Shown: piece after piece, positions 38,195 through 52,500 of the stretch
How positions within the stretch are numbered: the stretch's first letter is position 1
Layout of the letters: each line of letters begins with the position of its first letter
Source of the DNA: Azolla caroliniana
Taxonomy: Eukaryota > Plantae > Polypodiophyta
Length of the DNA stretch: 64,000 nucleotides
Reading direction: 5' to 3'
Assembly: GCA_043228905.1 (NCBI GenBank)
Contig: JBHGNT010000002.1
Location: 3,224,001 to 3,288,000 of the forward strand
Notes under the pieces: model-generated
Databases searched by the model: none
The model's input: only the letters and a program-made list of their open reading frames with translations
Told to the model about the DNA's origin: nothing
Position numbers and translations under genes: made by a program

Positions 38195-38550
38195 AGATGG
38201 CTAGAAGGACCGGACCGGACCGGACCATGCCGGACCCAATGGGCAGAAATGAAAGGGCCGGACCAAACTGGACTTGATGGCTAGAAGGGATGAACCGGAC
38301 CCAATGGTGGTTAGGACCGAAGTAGATTGGACCCGATGGGCAGAAGGACAGGACCAGACAGGACCTGATGGCCAGAAAGATCGGATCGGACCAGACAGGA
38401 CCCGATGGCCAGAAGGATCGGACTGGACTAGACCAAACGCGATGGCCAGAAGGATGGGACTGGACCAGACCGAACCCGATGGCCAGAAGGACTGGACCAG
38501 ACTAGACTCGACTTGATGGCCAGAAAGACCGGACCGGACCCAATGGCCAT
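38195..38550. repeat. ~30-35-bp minisatellite (gatggccagaaggac...ggaccagaccggaccc), about 10 units, upstream of the CCCH gene
   Basis: Direct inspection. A related inverted unit lies at 38677-38723. Confidence 0.8.
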
Positions 38551-39052
38551 ACTACGAACCGGGTTGTGAGGCCCAGCTCTCTCTCTCTCTCTATCTCTCT
38601 CTCTCGTGGGCGATATGTGTGCCCATGAAGCTCCTCCATCTTCCCCATAGCTTTTCTTTTCTGGGGGAGGGGGGGGTCTGTCTGTCTGGTCTGGTCTGGT
38701 CTGGTCTGTCTGTTTAAGCCATCGCTAACACACACCATCATAGCTTTTTAGAAGCTTCTCCTCCTCCTCCTCCTGTTGCCGTGGATCTTTCCCCCCCTCA
38801 GTTCCCCATCAAACTGAGATCCTTCTCCTTCTCCTTCTCCGTCGCCATCGCCATCGCCATCGCCACTCATCAAAGCTTCTTCCTTTCCTCTTCCTCTTCC
38901 TCTTGTTTTGTTGCTTTCTTTAGTTTGCTCATGGAACACGGAAGAAGCCCCTCCCTGCCTTAGCCATCAGCTCTCTCCATTAAAGAATGGGTTAGAACAG
39001 CCCCGTTTTCTTCTCGCCGCAGCTCATAAAGTGTTTTCTGTGGTGGAAGACG

Positions 39053-42000
39053 ATGAAGATCGATGATGTCGCTCTTATCTCTTATCTGATCAAGCATTTG
39101 AAGCCCTTGTAAGTGTAATCTATGCTTCTTTTCTACGACGAAATGTTTGGTTCCTTTGATAAAGCTTCGGTTAGGGTTATGGTTAGCACACAGAAAATGG
39201 TTTCTTTAAGCGAGGAAATTCTGCTTCCATTTTAGGGTTCGTGAGCAGGAGTGGTCTTATGAAATGAGAAAGATTGATTACATTTGAGAATAGTACACAG
39301 AAAAATGGTATCTTTAAGTGATGGAGTGCTGTTTCATTTTTAGGGTTAGGAATTAGAAAATGGTTATCACCAAGCGAGACCATGCTTTTAGGGCTAGCAA
39401 TAGAAGATAATATTGGTTTTCCTTCCACATATGCACATATTCTTCTTGCTATGGTTTAAAATGGTTTACCTGTGTCCATTCGACTGAGGAAATGTCGTTT
39501 CTTTGCTAGGATTACCATAAGAAAAAGGTTCCATTATGTCTCCTACATATGTGTAAATGGTTGTCGCCATGCATTTAACTGTTTTAAATGGGCTCCTTAT
39601 AGTTGTATAATGTTGTTCCTTGTCACCTTAGAACTTAGCATACTGAAAATGGTCCCTTTAAGCTTCCCATTGGTTCCCACGTATGTGCATATTGTTATTG
39701 TTGTGGCTTGAAAATGTTTTACATGGATCCATTCAATTCAGACATTGCCATGGCTTCTTTGTTAGGGTTGCACCCAGCCTATGTATGTCTCTATGTGGTT
39801 CTTATGATGGTTTCAGATGTTTAGGACATAGAATGGTCTTATCGTGTGAGAAAATATTGTTTCTTGTTAGAACAGCACAGTGAAAATGGCCTCTTTAAAC
39901 TTCCCACATGTATATATGGTTCTTTTAGTGGTTCCAAATGGTTTACATCACAGGTTGGTTTGCGAGTGAGGCCATTCTTTTTGTTTCTTACAAAAAGGCT
40001 TGTTTGTGTGACTTCCAGAACCGAAGCAGACCCGAACCTGTTGGCTAACTATGTTGCAGCTTTGCTGAAGAATAACAAACCTAAAAAGGACCTGGAGGCA
40101 CTATGTATCAACCAGTTGTTGGATTTTCTTGGAGATGGTATGTGTTACTTTGGAGGATACATCAGGTGTTTGGAAGAACTTATTTTCAAAAGATTAAGTT
40201 AAATTTATAAATAAAACAAATTTACCATAGGTACGGATAACTTTTTAAAAAGAAACAAGTTTAGAAATGTGTTGGTAAGGATGCTTTGCTAATGCCACAA
40301 CCTCACCTTGGAGAGCATACATTATATGATGATAACATATTTGTGCAAGAGAGCAGAAAGGTTTGTTCGGGTTTTTTATTTCTCTTAATGAGCACTTGAT
40401 TGCTTGTAAAAGTTCACCTTGGAGAGTGGTTTACATGCCAAAAACTTCGTTGGGTCTGTGATTTTTGTATAAAAGTATTGACTATTGTAAGTTATAACTC
40501 TTGGATCATTGTGACTATGCAGAATCGAAAACTTTTGTTGCAAACCTTTTCCATGCGTTGGAAGATGGTACTATAACAGTATATCAGGATGAACAGAGTA
40601 GTACAAAGACAGTGACAGATACTTCAGCTACTGTACACTCTTCTATCACGTCTAATGTTGGAGAGATCATGGAGCCAAGAACATCACAATCTGAAAAGCT
40701 TCTGAACTCGTCTACGAACATGTTCAGTGATCATGAAGACCATGAGGAAGATGGCAGTGATGATGAAGATGATGACCGGAATCACAAGCACAGAAGACGT
40801 GTGAGTAGGTCTCCCTCACCAGATAGAAATACCCATAATGGTCCTATGAGAAAGCGCAACAGATCGGCAAATAATGGCCAATCAATGTATGATAGCAATC
40901 AACCCATATCAGAAATTACCAGAGGAACCAATGATATCTACATGGAAAAGGAAGGACCTCCAAAGAGGCGCCCAAATAGAGAGAACGTATATGGGAATTC
41001 TTTGAGGCCTGGAGGGATAATAGCAAGGCCAGGTTCAGTTTTTCGTGGTGATGGGTCAACAATGAGGTTTGAATACCAGAATGGTTTATCTCGAGGAGTC
41101 TTAGGGAGAGGTCGAGGAGCTAGTCCCGTGACATGGGGTCGGGATCAGAGAAATACGTCTTTGGATGGTTCTGATTTCAATCTATCCATGATTCCTCCAG
41201 GCCCCTCAATTAGTATGTATGCTGGTAGACCGAATTCGATTCGTGGTCTCTCCTCTTGGGGAGGTTATGGCCAATTTGGTGGAGTAACAAATGGGGCTTT
41301 GGATCAGTCTCTTCCTTTAAATACAGGGATTCAAGGCCCAAGAGGTGTTTCAGTATCTGCCTCACTGGGAGTGGGTATTAATATTGGAATGGGCATGCCT
41401 TTAGGTCGTCCAAGGTGTGCAGACTTTGAAGAACGTGGATATTGTCTCCGAGGTGATCTTTGTCCTTTAGATCATGGAGCAAATAGGATAGTTGTGGAAG
41501 ATGTTCAGGTTTGTGGTGCCTCTTCTTTTTCCAATATCTATTGATTACAAGAAGGAAATGATAATATTTTTTTCTGTTTATTGTGTGTCATTTCTCAGTC
41601 TCTTTCCAAATTCAATCTCCCTGTGGCACTCCCAAGTGGGAGGAGTATTGCAATGGGTCCAGCGTCAAATTCAAGTTCGTCTTTTAGCCCATATTCGTCA
41701 AATCTTGGTCTTTCAAGTGTCCGGGAAACAAATGTGCTGAGCATGGATGAAGTCAATCCTTCAAAAGGAGCCGTGGTTGGAATTGCTGAACCTGATCTTT
41801 ATGATCCAGATCAGCCATTGTGGAATAAAGAGCAGCCAACAGATGATAAATTAAGAAAGCCTCCTTCATTTAGAAAAGGAATGGAAGACGGTGAGAGGGA
41901 AAATGTGGTCTCTGCCGATGAAGGAACGAGTACTGGATCTCAAGGTCCGCCTTCAGTTTGGAATCGTATTGGGCGTGTAGATCGAGGTGATATTAATTCT

Positions 42001-45000
42001 GAAAGCGTTACACGGTCTAATCCTTCTATTCAGCGTCTTCGATTTCCACGAAGAGAATTTTTGGAAGTCCTTGAGCCACAAATCATTTCAGGAAAATCAG
42101 AGTCTGTTTATGATGAGCAGGATGAGAAAACAGTTCTTATGGTAGATGTTGACACTATCCCAGAGGGAGAGGGGGAACAACGTCCCCCTGAGAAACTAGG
42201 TTTCAATCCTCGGGGCAGATGGAATAAAGAACCTGGAAATGAAAGGGCACAAAGAACATTGTATATTGGTGGCATCCCTAGCAATATCAACAAGAAAGAA
42301 CTGTTAAAAGCACACTTTCAGAAGTTTGGTGAAATTATGGATATCCGCATACCATCATCCCAGGGTGATAGGGCATTTGTACAATTCTTACATTCTGAAG
42401 ATGCAGAATCAGCGCTCAAATCACCTGAAGCAGTAATGGGAAATCGATTTATCCGATTGTCTTGGGCTAAAAGAGACAGTATACCTGTTCCTCCAATTGA
42501 AGGAAACAACATGACGACATCAGCAATGAAGAATCTGACTACTGGGATCAACATTTTGAAGGGAGGAGCTCTTGAATCTTTGATGAAAGGGAAAAAACAG
42601 CTGACATCTACACCTGAAGAGAATGCATCAATGGGAATTAACAAATTAGTCATTTCAAATGTTCAACGATCTCCATCTAATGCTCAACCAACTCCATCAA
42701 GTATCTCACAGAAGAAGCAAGAAGAGCTAGAACATATGAAAGAAGAATTACGAAAGAAACAAGAGGAGTTGGCGCAGAAGCGGGATGAATTTCGCCGCAA
42801 GCTGGAACGTCTTTCAAAACAGGTAAATATAACTGTGATGGACCTTATCTCAGAGGAAATATGATTGATAGAAATCACTAAACCATTAAAATAGGACGTT
42901 TTCGCACACAAGTTTGATAAAAGCCACAGTAAATAGAGTCCATTTGCTTTACTTGCTTTCTTGTTGGGTTATTGTCAGGGCACTGGGGAAGTTGAAAGGG
43001 CCCAATTGACCACCTCAGCTGGTAATGTCTTGAAAGAAGAGATAGCAGGGGATCAACCCATAAACAAGATAAAGTTGGAAATATCACGTATTGATTCTGG
43101 CAAACAGGTTTCGTCATCATCATCTTCAGGTGAGAAGAGCTCAATTATGAATGATCAGCCAGCGAAAGATTTATCAAAAACTCCCACTGCTTCAGCGCAA
43201 GCACCTTTTGGAAGTAGTATCACACAGCCATCTCCCAAGAGCTTGAGGGTTCATTCTCCATGGCCAGGTACTGGTTCAGGCTTTCCTAGTTCTTCATCGT
43301 GGGGCTCATTGCGATATAAGCTAGACAATCGGACGACGGTCTTTCGGATCATTCCACCTTTTCCAGAAAATTCACTGGATGTAAGTTCTGTTGACACTTC
43401 ATAAGTGATATTTGAGGTTGAGTTTATTTTTCAAAATTTCACCTCTGTGTTCCCTTGCAAATAGGACGAACAGATTGTCGACTATAACTGGTACTTTTTA
43501 CCTCTTGATACAGGTCCAAAATACTCAGTGCCACTTTTGCCTTTGGTTTCTTGGGCTTTTCTGCATTTATTTTTGATGGACTACTGAGTAGCATTTATTT
43601 AGTTCATCTTCTTAGCTGTTGAACCCATCATTCAGTTCGTAGAAGGATGAAGTATATTCCCTTTAAGCATAGGTTTTATCATTCTCATCTTCTCACCTCA
43701 GGCCAATATTACTTTTCTTAGATTTTCGGCCTGTCATTTAGTTCGTGTTAGAGCGAAGCATATTACCTGCAATGGGAATTTGAAATGTTGGGAAAATTGA
43801 GTGATTATCGATTCATCTGTTGTGGATCTGCAAATTGTAGTTTTTTATAGTACTTGTCTGCAGCATGCCCCTGTCATAGGACCATAATGTCTGGGTATAG
43901 AATGTATGATGTTGCATATCATGATTCAGTTATTATAAATGGGCAAAAGCTACCACGGTTACCATTTAAGCCGATCTACTATGTGTATGTGGCCCTCTCT
44001 CTCAACTGCTCAATGATTATCATATGCAGCATATATCTACTGACCATGTTACTTTGATTTGACATTTCTAATGTGAAGTTTGATGATATGTTGTCCTACA
44101 TGGATTATTTCCCTTGGTTGTAGATCCCATATTATACCTCCCGAGTTGTGGTATTTTGGCTGGATTTGATCTGCAGTTCTCCCTACTTCCTCACCTGTAT
44201 GCACTTGCATGTTGTGGATATATCAAAAAACTATGACCTTAACTGGCAGGTCTGTCTATGCTATGCAGTTATCGCATTGCTTTATAAAATCAGGTTAGGT
44301 AATGAAAGCTAGAAACAATTTATAGTTGGTAAAGTTTCTCCTTGAACTTATTCAGGTTCTGACCTTATGCAGCTTTCAGTGTACTGTGTAAACACTTATT
44401 GGGTAATGAGTCATGATGATGTAATGATAGCTATGCATGAAGATGACAATCCTGCTTTGTTTGTGCTGAGCATGCAAAGATGAAGACTATACTTAAAACT
44501 TGTGATAGAACCACAATTCATTGGTTTCCTTATGAGAAAATTGCCGGCCATTGTTGACCACAAGTAGCATACTATAGCTCCTTGTTTAGGTTATTCATGT
44601 CGACCTGGAATATTGCTTGCACTTCTGTACTGATAATTTAGCCACTCAAAAGGTCAAAACTCCAGGAAGTAACTTATGCTGTTCTCATGCATGATTTTCG
44701 CATCTGTAGGGGGGAGCAGGATGATTGACTGGACATACAGAAACAAGGTTCAATTGACTGGATTAATGTTACAATTAGATTTAGGAATACAAGCCTGCTT
44801 ATATGAGAGGACATGTCTCTTAATATCTCATTAATGTAAGGCCACTTAAAAATTACGATGTGACCATTGAACATTTCTAACAAATGTGAATGTACGTTTT
44901 TTAAATCTCAATATATGTGAGGCAGTTTTAAAAATTATGACGTGGTCATTGAACATTTCTAACAAATATGAAATGTACCTTTTGTAAACCTCAATATATG

Positions 45001-47158
45001 TGAGACAGTCTTAAAAATTACGACGCCATCATTGAACATTTCTAACAAATGTGAAATGTACCTTTTTTAAACCTCAATATATGTGAGACAGTCCTTACAA
45101 TGTTATCATTGAGCATTTCTAACAAATGTGAAATGTTCCTTTATTGAACAACCACAGGAATTGTGGCATTATGCCCTTTACAAAGCTGCTACAACTACAT
45201 TGTGGATGGGGATCCCTGATTTCCTTGTAGGTATTTCTCTTATGAGTATGGTCACAGTGATATCACACTGTCCAACTACCAGATAATAACAGATAATGCA
45301 ATACACCTTTAGTGATCCACCCAGGGTTGTGGCATGACCTTGCAAGAACTGTGATCCATAACTTGTCTACATGTAGTCCATAAAAAATTTCTACATTAAA
45401 AGTCTTCCTCTCTTTTACTAAAACTTGTGTGCGCGTTACTAGTTTTTGCCCAACATCAATTGCATTTGCCAAAAATATTGACTCTTTGATTTAAATTCTT
45501 GTATATTAGCTCCACCATTGATAAATTGCCCCTTTTGCTGGGGGTAAACTCTCAAATGCTTGGACACTTGCATTGATCCTGACAACGAGTTTTTTAAGGA
45601 ACCAATTGCAAACCCTTTTAGGTAAGAAGGTTGCAATCATGATGGATCCTTAGTCTTTTGTAAAACACAATTAGCATTCTGATGATTCCTTTGGCTAACA
45701 CCCTTTCTTAACTTTGAGAGCATATATCTCATATGTTATTGCACCTTCCAAGAGGGTGCTCGGTCATCATGGGCTTCAGCTGTAACATTGTGATGTCTTT
45801 GCTCCTGCAAATTCCTTTTGCATCTTAGCATGAAGTTTAGTTAGTCATACATGACCTTTTGTGCTACTTGGAAGCCATCATCTTTATAAATTGGTGATCC
45901 ATTGGTCTGCTTGAGTTGCTGACATCCTGATTTGACTGTCCCCATAACTGCCATTGTTATCGTGAAGAGCTTGGGAATACGCTAAGAATATCTCTGGATT
46001 TGACTTGGTGAGTATCCATGTGCTTTCTTGGCATATGCTCTACGACTGCTTAGCGTAGATCAATGAGAGCCTGAGAAGGCTGAGGTGCTACAGAGACCTG
46101 GTGAGCCCTAGTTGATTTGGATCATGTAGTTGCATCCTCACTGTAGGGATTGGGTGCATCTCTGTCTTATTGTGAGGGAAGTAAAAGTTTAAACAACAAA
46201 TACTATCATGTATGATTATCAGAGAATACTCAATGGGTTGATTTATCAAAAATGAGTCTTTCATTCTTCGTAGTGTTTATTATTTTTTGGTGTTAATTTG
46301 GATTCCAGCTCCACCTTGGGAGCTTATCTTTTCATTGTGCAGTAGCAGATTATTTCCTGAGAAATAACATGAAAAGCAGGACATGAAAAGGTTCCAAACA
46401 TGTTATAGTCTTTCTGTAAAAGCAACACATGAAGTGGTATAAAATTTCTCTAGGCATGTATTGCACAAATCTATTCATAGTTGGTAAGATAACTGTAGGT
46501 CAACAATTGGGTGTTGTATTTAAACATTTCTTATTTCCATCAAGGAAGAACTTTGGAACATTTTGCCTTGATTATCATAAGCTACCATAATAGTAAACAC
46601 TCTTTTCGTTGCCAGGTGATGAGTCTGAAAGAACACTTCTCACATTTTGGGGATGTCAGTAATGTGGAGTTGGAAGATACCTTGGATAAAAATAATGAAG
46701 GGTTTAGGGTGACCTTTTCGACAAGGAGTGGTGCAGAGCTTGCATTTACCCAAGGAAAATGGTATCAAGGCATTACTCTTCAGTTTAGTTGGGTTAATCC
46801 ATCATCGAATATTGCAAATGCATCATCAACCAGTAATGTACATGTCGAGGGTTCAGCACCTGACAAGTCTAGGAATGGATCAACACAAAAAGCACCAGAA
46901 GAGTTCAAATCCTCTAAGATAGATGATGATGGGTCATTGATAGAAAACGAATTGGTTAAAGATACTAGCAATGCTATTGAGGTTGGCAAGAGTGAGATAC
47001 CTGAAAACGAATTGGTTAAAGATACTAGCAATGCTATTGAGGTTGGCAAGAGTGAGATACCTGAAGGAGGTCATCATCCATGTGTGGATTTGAACTCGAA
47101 ACTTGATATTGATGCTGCTGATGCTTCTGACATTTGTAAGGGGGAAGCATCCATGTAG
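39053..47158 (+). CDS. RBM26/27-like RNA-binding protein (PWI + CCCH zinc finger + RRMs; plant C3H41/C3H27 family); 6 exons: 39053-39108, 40019-40137, 40523-41508, 41599-42822, 42979-43380, 46616-47158
   Basis: PWI: LKPLTEADPNLLANYVAALLK...LCINQLLDFLGDESKTFVANLF. Also DDEDDDRNHKHRRR, CCCH RCADFEERGYCLRGDLCPLDHG, DLYDPDQPLW, RRM RTLYIGGIP...AFVQF...AVMGNRFIRLSWA, and a second RRM YKLDNRTT...LKEHFSHFG. All GT-AG junctions are in phase. Confidence 0.9.
44846..45140. repeat. ~82-bp intronic tandem repeat, about 3.5 copies
   Basis: cattgaacatttctaacaaatgtgaa(a)tgtac...tcaatatatgtgag repeated. Confidence 0.85.
46943..47065 (+). repeat. Perfect 60-bp in-frame duplication (ENELVKDTSNAIEVGKSEIP x2)
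   Basis: 46943-47002 equals 47003-47062. Confidence 0.95.
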
Positions 47159-49546
47159 ACTGGAATTCATAGTTTTCTTCTTCATTGTAAAATGGTGAGT
47201 AGATTTATTTAGAAATGCAAGTTTTTAAAAAATGAGATAGAAATAACATCATCTGTAAACTTTGAAGAGTGCACTCTGGACTTGACGAAAAGAAAAAAAT
47301 AGTGTCGTCCCGGCTGTAGGTATTAAGGATCGATCTTTTCTTTTTGTAGTCTCGGGAAATCCTATTTCTGTTTTTTTGTTTTTGTTGACCTGATTTTTGG
47401 CAGGGTGGCCTTGCCATGAGAAAATTAATGTTTCAAGTCAATGTTCATGGTTTTTGAAATATGATTGCTCAACTCCAAATGGACAGATTTTCTGGAGTAA
47501 ATGGGCAACCGGCTAGTTTGGTCATGGCCACTTCATTAAGTCCGGTGAAGCTGGCTAAGCATGAAAGATGTGATGCGGTGGAGTTGTTGTATGTTCGCCC
47601 ATCTTTGCGGTAGGGCTTTCAATGAGTTTACAAATATGTTCGCCCATCTTTGTGATAGGGCTTTCAATGAGTTTATTTTTTGTAAACAAAAGAATCCATC
47701 CTCACTTTTTTGACATGGCCCAGGTGAAGGCCATTGGGTACAAAATAGATCATTTACTGTAGGTAAAAATGATTATATAAGCTAATAATTTCCAAATCAT
47801 GCCTTAAGTCTTGAGCTTATCACATGCTTTGTTTGAACTAATGTTATTTTTTTTCACTGAAATTTGAAGTCATAAGTACTTGTCTAATATGTGGTAGCAA
47901 AGTATACATATTGTATGAACTTGCGCATCTTTGAGTGCTTCTGTGGTCAATCCCAGTTGGGTATATAATGTCTTGGCCATTGACATATGGTCACGTATTT
48001 CGTGGGCATTATGTGGAACATTTATGATGCAGGTCATCATCAAACTGTTGGTGAAGATCCCTGATATCCATATATAGAAGATCTTTAATTTCATTAATAT
48101 ATGTCTATTTTGCTCAGGATGCCCTTGGCAAATAATAACAAGATTTCTCGCATCATTTTCCTAATTGTTTTCTAATCCATTTTCAACATGATGCAAGCTA
48201 GCCAATGGGTGTTGAGTGTTGGCTAATTGAGATTAGGGTTATTTGTGTTAGTTTGCTTACTATCTTGAATGCCATGTACTAGTGAATTTTTGTGCAACAC
48301 TCTGGTATAAACAAGGGAACATGAACATGAGGGTGTGAGAGAGAAAGAGAGTTGCAATTTGATCCGTAACCTATAGTAAATCAAGAATTCAGCTTATATT
48401 GTAGGCTTTTGAGTTGAATATTGACCAAGGAATTGTGTATGTAGATTTTGTTGGTTATCTTTTCAGCACAATTTGTTCAACACAATGATTGATGTTATAC
48501 TGATTGTCAGTGTGGTTTGTACACACAATGTGACCATTAATGTTTGAAAGAATATATGAACACAAAGAATGTGGTTTTATCATGGGCCTTCAAGGGCAAA
48601 TGTGACTTCTTGGACCAAAATTGAACCATTTTTTCATTGGCGTAGAATTGAGTAGTGACTCTTGATATTCATTGGCGTTTGTCAAAGAAATGTGTGTAGG
48701 GAGTGGTTTGGATTGACAATGTTTGGAAATCAAAATCAAACCAGAATGTGGTCAAGTGTAGGGCATGTATAAATGATGCGAATATGTGTAATACGATGTA
48801 TGAAACATTTGCGAGTGTTCGTGTGCGAGGGAGTATGTGTTGGTAAATATGTTGCAAATGGTCTATGGATTCTACATTTTCACAAGTATGCTCAAACAAG
48901 TGCAAATGTAAGGACCTACAGTACTAGGAGGGGTTCTTATTGTCACAAGAAGAAAGCAAGATGTCCAAGCTTGGTTTAAACAACACTAGCCATTGGAAAC
49001 TCATCAATCATTGAAGCTAGATATTAAGAAACATGTGTTCACCCTAATTCGGTTGCTTCTATGCACATATACTGTGGATAGTTGATGTTGCCATTAAGGA
49101 CTTCGTAACACCTTCAGACAATGTGGCGTACGTGCTAAAGCAACTGGTAGGTAGTAGAAGAACGCATCATGAGCCATTATCAGATCGATCGTTCGATCAT
49201 CAGATAATATGGTGCCAAGCATTTGTCTACGAGTCAATGCATGCAGGTGGTTGGGCGGGCTGGCTAGCTCGCTAGGCCATTCCATACGTACTCTATGAAC
49301 GTGTTGTGTGGACGCACATGGGGCATCATTGACAGACAAGAGGAGAGCAGGGGTATATTATGTATCTGTCCTATGTCCAGAAGGCACTCAATTTATGTGC
49401 GAACAAATCGGCTCAAACGGAACCGGTAAGCCATGGGTAAACGGTTTATGGGCTCGAACCGAACCGAGTAACCGGATTGTGGTCCTTTACATAAAGCTTC
49501 GCTTCAATGCTCTGTTCTTCAGGGACAGAGCCACAGACACAGAGAG

Positions 49547-52500
49547 ATGGCATTCGAGCTCAGCCAACCTTCTTCCTCTTCCTCTTCCTCAGGCCAGAAG
49601 AATCAAGAGGAGAAGAAGAAGATAGATGAAGGTGGAGGTGGAGATGCAGGTGCAGGTGCAGGTAGAGGTAGAGGTGGAGGGGTTGTGCAATGGGAGTGGT
49701 GTGGAGATCACCTGACATGGTGTGCTTACCCACCCTCTGTTTCTTCCACGATCGAAGATGCGTTCCGATCCAAGAAACCCTCCATTGACTTTCACATCGG
49801 ACCCTCGGCTTACACGGTTCGGTTCGAGACTGTGGAACATCGCCAGGCAAATCCCCAACCCTTTCTCTCTCTCTCGTGTGCTGCAACTCTCTTCCATATG
49901 TATATAGACATTCACACACAGTTACTATCACCTCACAAAGGCGTTCTGAATTGCCTTTATTTGGTCAGAAGGAAATTTTGCAAATGCCTCCAAAACCAAT
50001 GTTTTTTTTAAAACCTCGATCACCTGTTTTAATACGTTGGGCTGGGCTGCAGAGCCCACTCTAGATACAGAAATTTCCACAATACTGTATAAAGATTTTG
50101 TGCGCAGGGTTGTAATGTCTGTTTCTTGCGTATTGTTTTAGATATAGTTGTTTCAGATGGAGGATCCATTTATTGTTTGTTTAGGCTATACACCTTTAAC
50201 ATGGATCCTCTGTTTGTTGGTTTAAGCAATATGGATCTTCTTCTTGCATTCATTCCTGAAAACAAATCAACTTTCTGTTCTAGGTTATAGTTTGTTAAAA
50301 TCGATCATAGTATTTATTTATGTGTTTGTTTGTTTTAAACTGTAATGCTTTCAGATGGATGCTATTTTTTTGTTGGCAATGCTTTGAGATGGATATTTTT
50401 TTTGTTGGTATAGGCCATATTGTCTCAAAGTGAGTGAATTTATCCTATTGTTTCAGATGGATTATCTTTCTTCTGTTTTAGGTTGTTATGCAATAGCGAA
50501 AGAATCACATGATTTTTCCTGTATTTTATTGTAAGGAAAACAGTAACTGAATGTTATATTTCCTTTGAAGTGTTATATGTTTGTGACATGTCTGTAATTC
50601 TTCATTTGTAGACTTTGAGATTACTTTCACTATGAACACATACAAGTATTCAAGTCCATTGCTTCCTGAGAATCAAACCTTATACAAGATATGATTCCTT
50701 ACTCAAGGGATCACTGTTTAGAGATTCTCTTTTTGATGCACTTCATGGTAATCCTTTTTAATCTAATATGATGCTTCGGCTAGTGCTTCGGAAGAGCTAT
50801 TAGAAAAGGTAAAAGAAACATATCTTGGTGAATCGTTGGTATAGACCGATGCGAATATCTCCTGTCTAGAATTTCACTCTTGGATTGTTACAATATGAAA
50901 CCTGGCTCAAGTTTGTTTAAGTCATGTCATAGGGGTTTAAGAAATTATTTTGGAATTTGAATGGTTTGCTAAGAAATTGAATAGTTACTGAATGGTGAAA
51001 ACATAGTAAACTCATTTGCATTTCATTTCATGGTCATTATGCTGCAGATAAATCTCGCCACTGGCCGTTGTCGATCTGTGAAACGTGAGATATCAAGAGA
51101 TGGGACAAGTGTCTCATGGCTTTGGTTTGACAGTGAGAAAAACCATTGGCATGCATACAATGCTGACCTAGCTAATCAAATCGAGGATGCATGGAAAGAA
51201 AGCAAAGCAAGCCGAACTGAATGGAAAGAAGATGCAAAAGCGGGTCTATATTGTGTGATTTACAGACAGGCATATGTGATAGAATTTGAAACAGAGGCTT
51301 TCCAAGTGAATTCAAAGACGAAATTTTCTCGAAATGTGCGTCGATCTTCATATATGGAAAAAGGTAGTAGTCAATTGCCTCAAATCAATGGGGATTCCAA
51401 AGCAGAAGCCACCGCATCTCATAATGTTATTATGTCACCTGCATCGTTACTGGTAGGAGATGATATGGCTAGTTCATCATCATGTTCTGTTGCTGATGAT
51501 GCACTATTTTACATCCAAGACCACATCATGGACTATGAAAGTCCGTCTGCAGATGAAGGTTGTTCGATATGCTTGAGTTGTCTTAGTGAAAAGAAGTCTG
51601 TGACACTCGTGAAATGCAATCATCCATTCCACCATGAATGCATCGAATCATGGTTTAAGTATCGACCATCGTGCCCAGAATGTCTAACGATATATGGAAC
51701 AATAACGGGTACCCAGCCACCGGGACAGATGTGCATACGGCACATCGCATATGGAAGTCCCGAAGCTAGACATGGTTTGGATGGATACCCGAATACAGAC
51801 ATCATCAAGATAATATACAAGTTTCCAAGTGGTATTCAAGTAAGGATTATATATATGTATATATATATATATTTATATATGAGCTAGCTGTTGAGGCTTA
51901 AAAGAATTTGCTAAGCAAAATATTACATGGATAGGGCCCCGAACACCCGAATCCTGGGAAACCGTTCAATGGCACTATACGGATTGCATATCTTCCAAAG
52001 AACAAAGATGGAGAAGAAGTGTGTGAGCTATTGAAGAAAGCATGGGATCGGAGGCTTCTTTTCCGTGTGGGAATGTCGATGACAACGGGTCAAGCCAATG
52101 TGGTCACGTAAGCTTCCAAGAGTCGGTTTATTTGGAAAAAAGAGTTACATTGTTGACATATGCATCAGCAAAAACACCCCTAATTGATGGATATTCTTAC
52201 CAGAGAACCACCTAGACTTTGACAACAGTCATATTACCTCTATGTAGTTGTATAATTTGTATTAATCAACAGCATTCTGGTAAATTTGTGTAACTTAAGA
52301 GTATCCTGATAAATGATTACATTTTGGGAATAGTAGTCCCCCCCCTCCCCACTCCATATTTCTTACTCAAATTTGTTTACACTTTGTAGTTGGGCCACGG
52401 TTCATCATAAGACACACATGAATGGGGGCTCAAGCAACCATGGCTATGTGAGTGTCTAATCAATATTGAAGTTTTTGATGTTTTCCATCATGTTATATAG

